Below the pieces are notes generated by a model. That model saw only the letters and a list, made by a program, of their open reading frames with translations, searched no databases and was not told where the DNA came from. Below are positions 61,705-64,000 of a stretch of 64,000 bases of DNA, piece by piece. Positions within the stretch are counted from its first letter, which is position 1; every line of letters starts with the position of its first letter. The translations under genes and the position numbers were made by a program. Source of the DNA: Planctomycetota bacterium (GTDB lineage Bacteria > Planctomycetota > UBA1135 > GCA-002686595); assembly GCA_012959525.1 (NCBI GenBank), contig DUDB01000072.1:2098-66097 (forward strand), read 5' to 3'.

Positions 61705-64000
61705 TTACGAATTCTCCGGGGCGACGTTCTGGGCAGCAGCGCCCGCGAACGCGCGTGCGAGGTCCTGAACGGGGATGCGGATCAGGTCCGAGCCACCGTC
61801 ACCTTGAATGCACAGGTGCCCATCATCTGACACGTCTCCTATGTGAGCGTGCACCTGGCCTTGCAGTGCGGCCTCAAACGCCGCGGCGTTCTCGGGGCTG
61901 ACCTCCACCAGGAAGCGCGAGCAGCTCTCAGCGAACAGCGCCGAAGTGCTCGGGTCGTAGCCCTTCGGCAACTCATCGAGTGGTACTTGTGCGAGGTCCA
62001 CATGGGCACCCAAGCGTCCGGCCAGACAGGTTTCCGCGAGAGCCACCGCAAGGCCACCCTCACTCAAGTCGTGACAGGCGCGCACCAGTCCCGCAGCCAG
62101 CGCGCCGTGCACGGCCTGGAATAAGTCGGGCGCTGTGCCGAGATCGGGGCAGGGAACACGCCCGCCGTCGAGACCCAGGTGGGCGTGGAGTTCCGAACCA
62201 CCGAAGTGCGCGCCGGTCCTACCCACCAGGTATAGGCGGTCCCCCGCCTGCTTGGCGTCCATGGTCATGGCGCGGTGCACGTCGGGGACGATCGACAGGG
62301 AGGAGATGTAGAGAGTGGGGGGGATGGAGAGAGTCTCATCGCCCACCCTGTAGTCGTTGTTGAGGGAGTCCTTGCCGCTGATGAAGGGCGTCTGGTAGGC
62401 CATGGCCGCCTCGTAGCAGCCCTTGGCGGCGAGCACCAGGGCACCCAGGCGATCGGGCTTGTCGCAGTTGCCCCAGGAGAAATTGTCGAGGATGGCCGTG
62501 TGAGTCGGATCGCCACCGGCGGCCACCACGTTGCGCAAGGCCTCGTCGATACAGGCCATGGCCATGGACTTGGGATCCAGGCGGCCCATGGTCGAGGAGG
62601 CACCGGCGCCCAGGGCGATGGCCTTCTGGGACTCGGGTAGGGGCCGCAGGACGACTCCGTCCGAGGGGCCGTCCATGTGCACCCCTGTGTTGGGTCCCAC
62701 CACCCGCATGCCCTGGACCTCGTGGTCGTACTGGCGGGTGATCCACTCCTTGCTGGCGATGCCGGGGCGTGCCAGCAGCTTGAGGAGCACGTCGGACGCG
62801 TTGTCGAGGGCCGGCGCACCGGGGTCTTCGATCGCGGGCGGCGTCCACTCGGCCTGGCGGGTGGGTCGGGGCGTGCCCTCATGCAAGAAGTGCATGTCCA
62901 TGTCGGCCATCTCGCGACCCTGGTAGTGCAGGGTCAGTCGCCCCGTGTCGGTGAAGGTGCCGATGGCCGTGGCCTCGACCGCTTCGGCCTCGAAGGTGGC
63001 GATGCACGCGTCGAGGGACTCGGGGGGGACCGCCAGGACCATCCGTTCCTGAGCCTCGCTGATCCAGATTTCCTCAGGGCTTAGCCCCGGGTACTTGAGC
63101 GGCACCTTCTCCAGGTGGACCTCGGCGCCGCACTCCGCTCCCATCTCGCCCACGGCTGAGGACAGGCCCCCGGCGCCGCAGTCGGTGATGCCGCGATAGA
63201 GGCCGGCATCCCGTGCGCGTAGCAAACCGTCCAGCACTTTCTTCTCGGTGATGGGGTCGCCGATCTGCACCGCCGCAGCGGAGACAACCTCGCTCTCCTC
63301 GTGGAGTTCGGTGGAGGAGAATGTGGCGCCGTGGATCCCGTCGCGACCGGTGCGGCCGCCCACGGTGAGGATCACATCGCCAGGCTCCACGGACTTGGTG
63401 GCGCAGGCGCGGGGCAGGATGCCCACGGTTCCCGCGTAGACAAGAGGGTTGCCCACGTAGCCCTTGTCGAACCACACCCCGCCGCTGACCGTGGGGATGC
63501 CCATGCGGTTGCCGTAGTCGCGTACTCCGGCCACTACACCGTTCAGGATGCGCTTGGGGTGCATCGTGCCCTTGGGCACTTGATCCATGGGTAGGTCGGG
63601 AGGACCGACGAAGAAGGCGTCCGTGTTCGCGATGGGCTTGGCCCCCAGGCCCACGCCCAGGATGTCGCGGATCACTCCGCCGATGCCCGTGCCCGCTCCG
63701 CCGTAGGGGTCGATGGCGCTGGGGTGGTTGTGGGTCTCCACCTTGAAGGCCAGATCCCAGCCCTCGTCCACGTCGGGCTCGAACTCGATGATGCCCGCGT
63801 TGTCGTGGAAGACCGAGATACACCAGGGCTTGTCCAGTTCAAACGTGGCGGCGGCGATGGTGGTCTTGAGCAGGTTGTCGATCACCTCTCCGTCCATCTC
63901 GATGCGGCCACGGAAGGTCTTGTGCTGGCAGTGCTCGCTCCAGGTCTGGGCGAGGGTCTCCAGTTCGCAGGCGCTCGGATCGCGTCCCTGCTCCCGATAG
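61705..64000 (-). CDS. purL: Phosphoribosylformylglycinamidine synthase subunit PurL (5' end beyond the right edge)
   Basis: VETHNHPSAIDPYGGAGTGIGGVIRD, GRDGIHGATFSS, TDCGAGGLSSA and SGKDSLNN. The track starts at the ATG at 63897. My translation of 63898-64000 in the same frame continues without a stop as ...TLAQTWSEHCQHKTFRGRIE-MDGE, which contains the conserved WSEHC motif. The gene therefore extends past 64000. Confidence 0.93.
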   Translation of the reverse strand, partial: YREQGRDPSACELETLAQTWSEHCQHKTFRGRIEMDGEVIDNLLKTTIAAATFELDKPWCISVFHDNAGIIEFEPDVDEGWDLAFKVETHNHPSAIDPYGGAGTGIGGVIRDILGVGLGAKPIANTDAFFVGPPDLPMDQVPKGTMHPKRILNGVVAGVRDYGNRMGIPTVSGGVWFDKGYVGNPLVYAGTVGILPRACATKSVEPGDVILTVGGRTGRDGIHGATFSSTELHEESEVVSAAAVQIGDPITEKKVLDGLLRARDAGLYRGITDCGAGGLSSAVGEMGAECGAEVHLEKVPLKYPGLSPEEIWISEAQERMVLAVPPESLDACIATFEAEAVEATAIGTFTDTGRLTLHYQGREMADMDMHFLHEGTPRPTRQAEWTPPAIEDPGAPALDNASDVLLKLLARPGIASKEWITRQYDHEVQGMRVVGPNTGVHMDGPSDGVVLRPLPESQKAIALGAGASSTMGRLDPKSMAMACIDEALRNVVAAGGDPTHTAILDNFSWGNCDKPDRLGALVLAAKGCYEAAMAYQTPFISGKDSLNNDYRVGDETLSIPPTLYISSLSIVPDVHRAMTMDAKQAGDRLYLVGRTGAHFGGSELHAHLGLDGGRVPCPDLGTAPDLFQAVHGALAAGLVRACHDLSEGGLAVALAETCLAGRLGAHVDLAQVPLDELPKGYDPSTSALFAESCSRFLVEVSPENAAAFEAALQGQVHAHIGDVSDDGHLCIQGDGGSDLIRIPVQDLARAFAGAAAQNVAPENS

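Overview
High-GC bacterial chromosomal window, densely coded on both strands. I saw no transposase, integrase, phage gene or CRISPR array. The gene content resembles the PVC superphylum (Planctomycetota/Verrucomicrobiota-like). That placement rests on gene content only. It includes six sulfatase-family genes (seven domains), DUF1080 proteins, a PVC-type membrane-bound-dehydrogenase/CxxCH protein, a CotH/LTD protein and a BNR propeller.

Layout from left to right:
- ABC-2 transporter operon with GldG-like and DUF4340-like genes (1-3.9 kb)
- NHL propeller and M14 carboxypeptidase, divergently arranged
- DinB and a sulfatase
- CotH and a BNR propeller
- CDP-hexose modification cluster: rfbF, an SDR, two C-methyltransferase-type genes and a GT2 (14.2-19.5 kb)
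- Sulfatase, esterase and PhoD island (19.5-43.8 kb)
- tRNA-Arg(UCU)
- One long minus-strand array: MoxR, DUF58, two VWA genes, a helical protein, a 1316-aa protein and two SPFH genes (44-56.8 kb)
- O-methyltransferase, purD, fur, two small lipoproteins, purQ and partial purL

Best-supported unusual item: a typical 2-Cys peroxiredoxin whose peroxidatic Cys codon is an in-frame TGA (21143-21145). A SECIS-like hairpin follows it and the reading frame continues intact. I read this as a selenocysteine peroxiredoxin that an ORF caller splits in two.

Other items worth a second look:
- The extended MoxR/VWA (Bat-like) array ending in a giant uncharacterised protein plus a translationally coupled SPFH pair
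- A 12-bp x5 tandem repeat inside the sugar cluster
- The twin C-methyltransferase CDP-sugar cluster, which lacks a canonical 4,6-dehydratase
- Nucleophile-position variation among the sulfatase-family genes
- An internally duplicated HExxH protein

All family calls come from motif recognition by eye. No database search was run.
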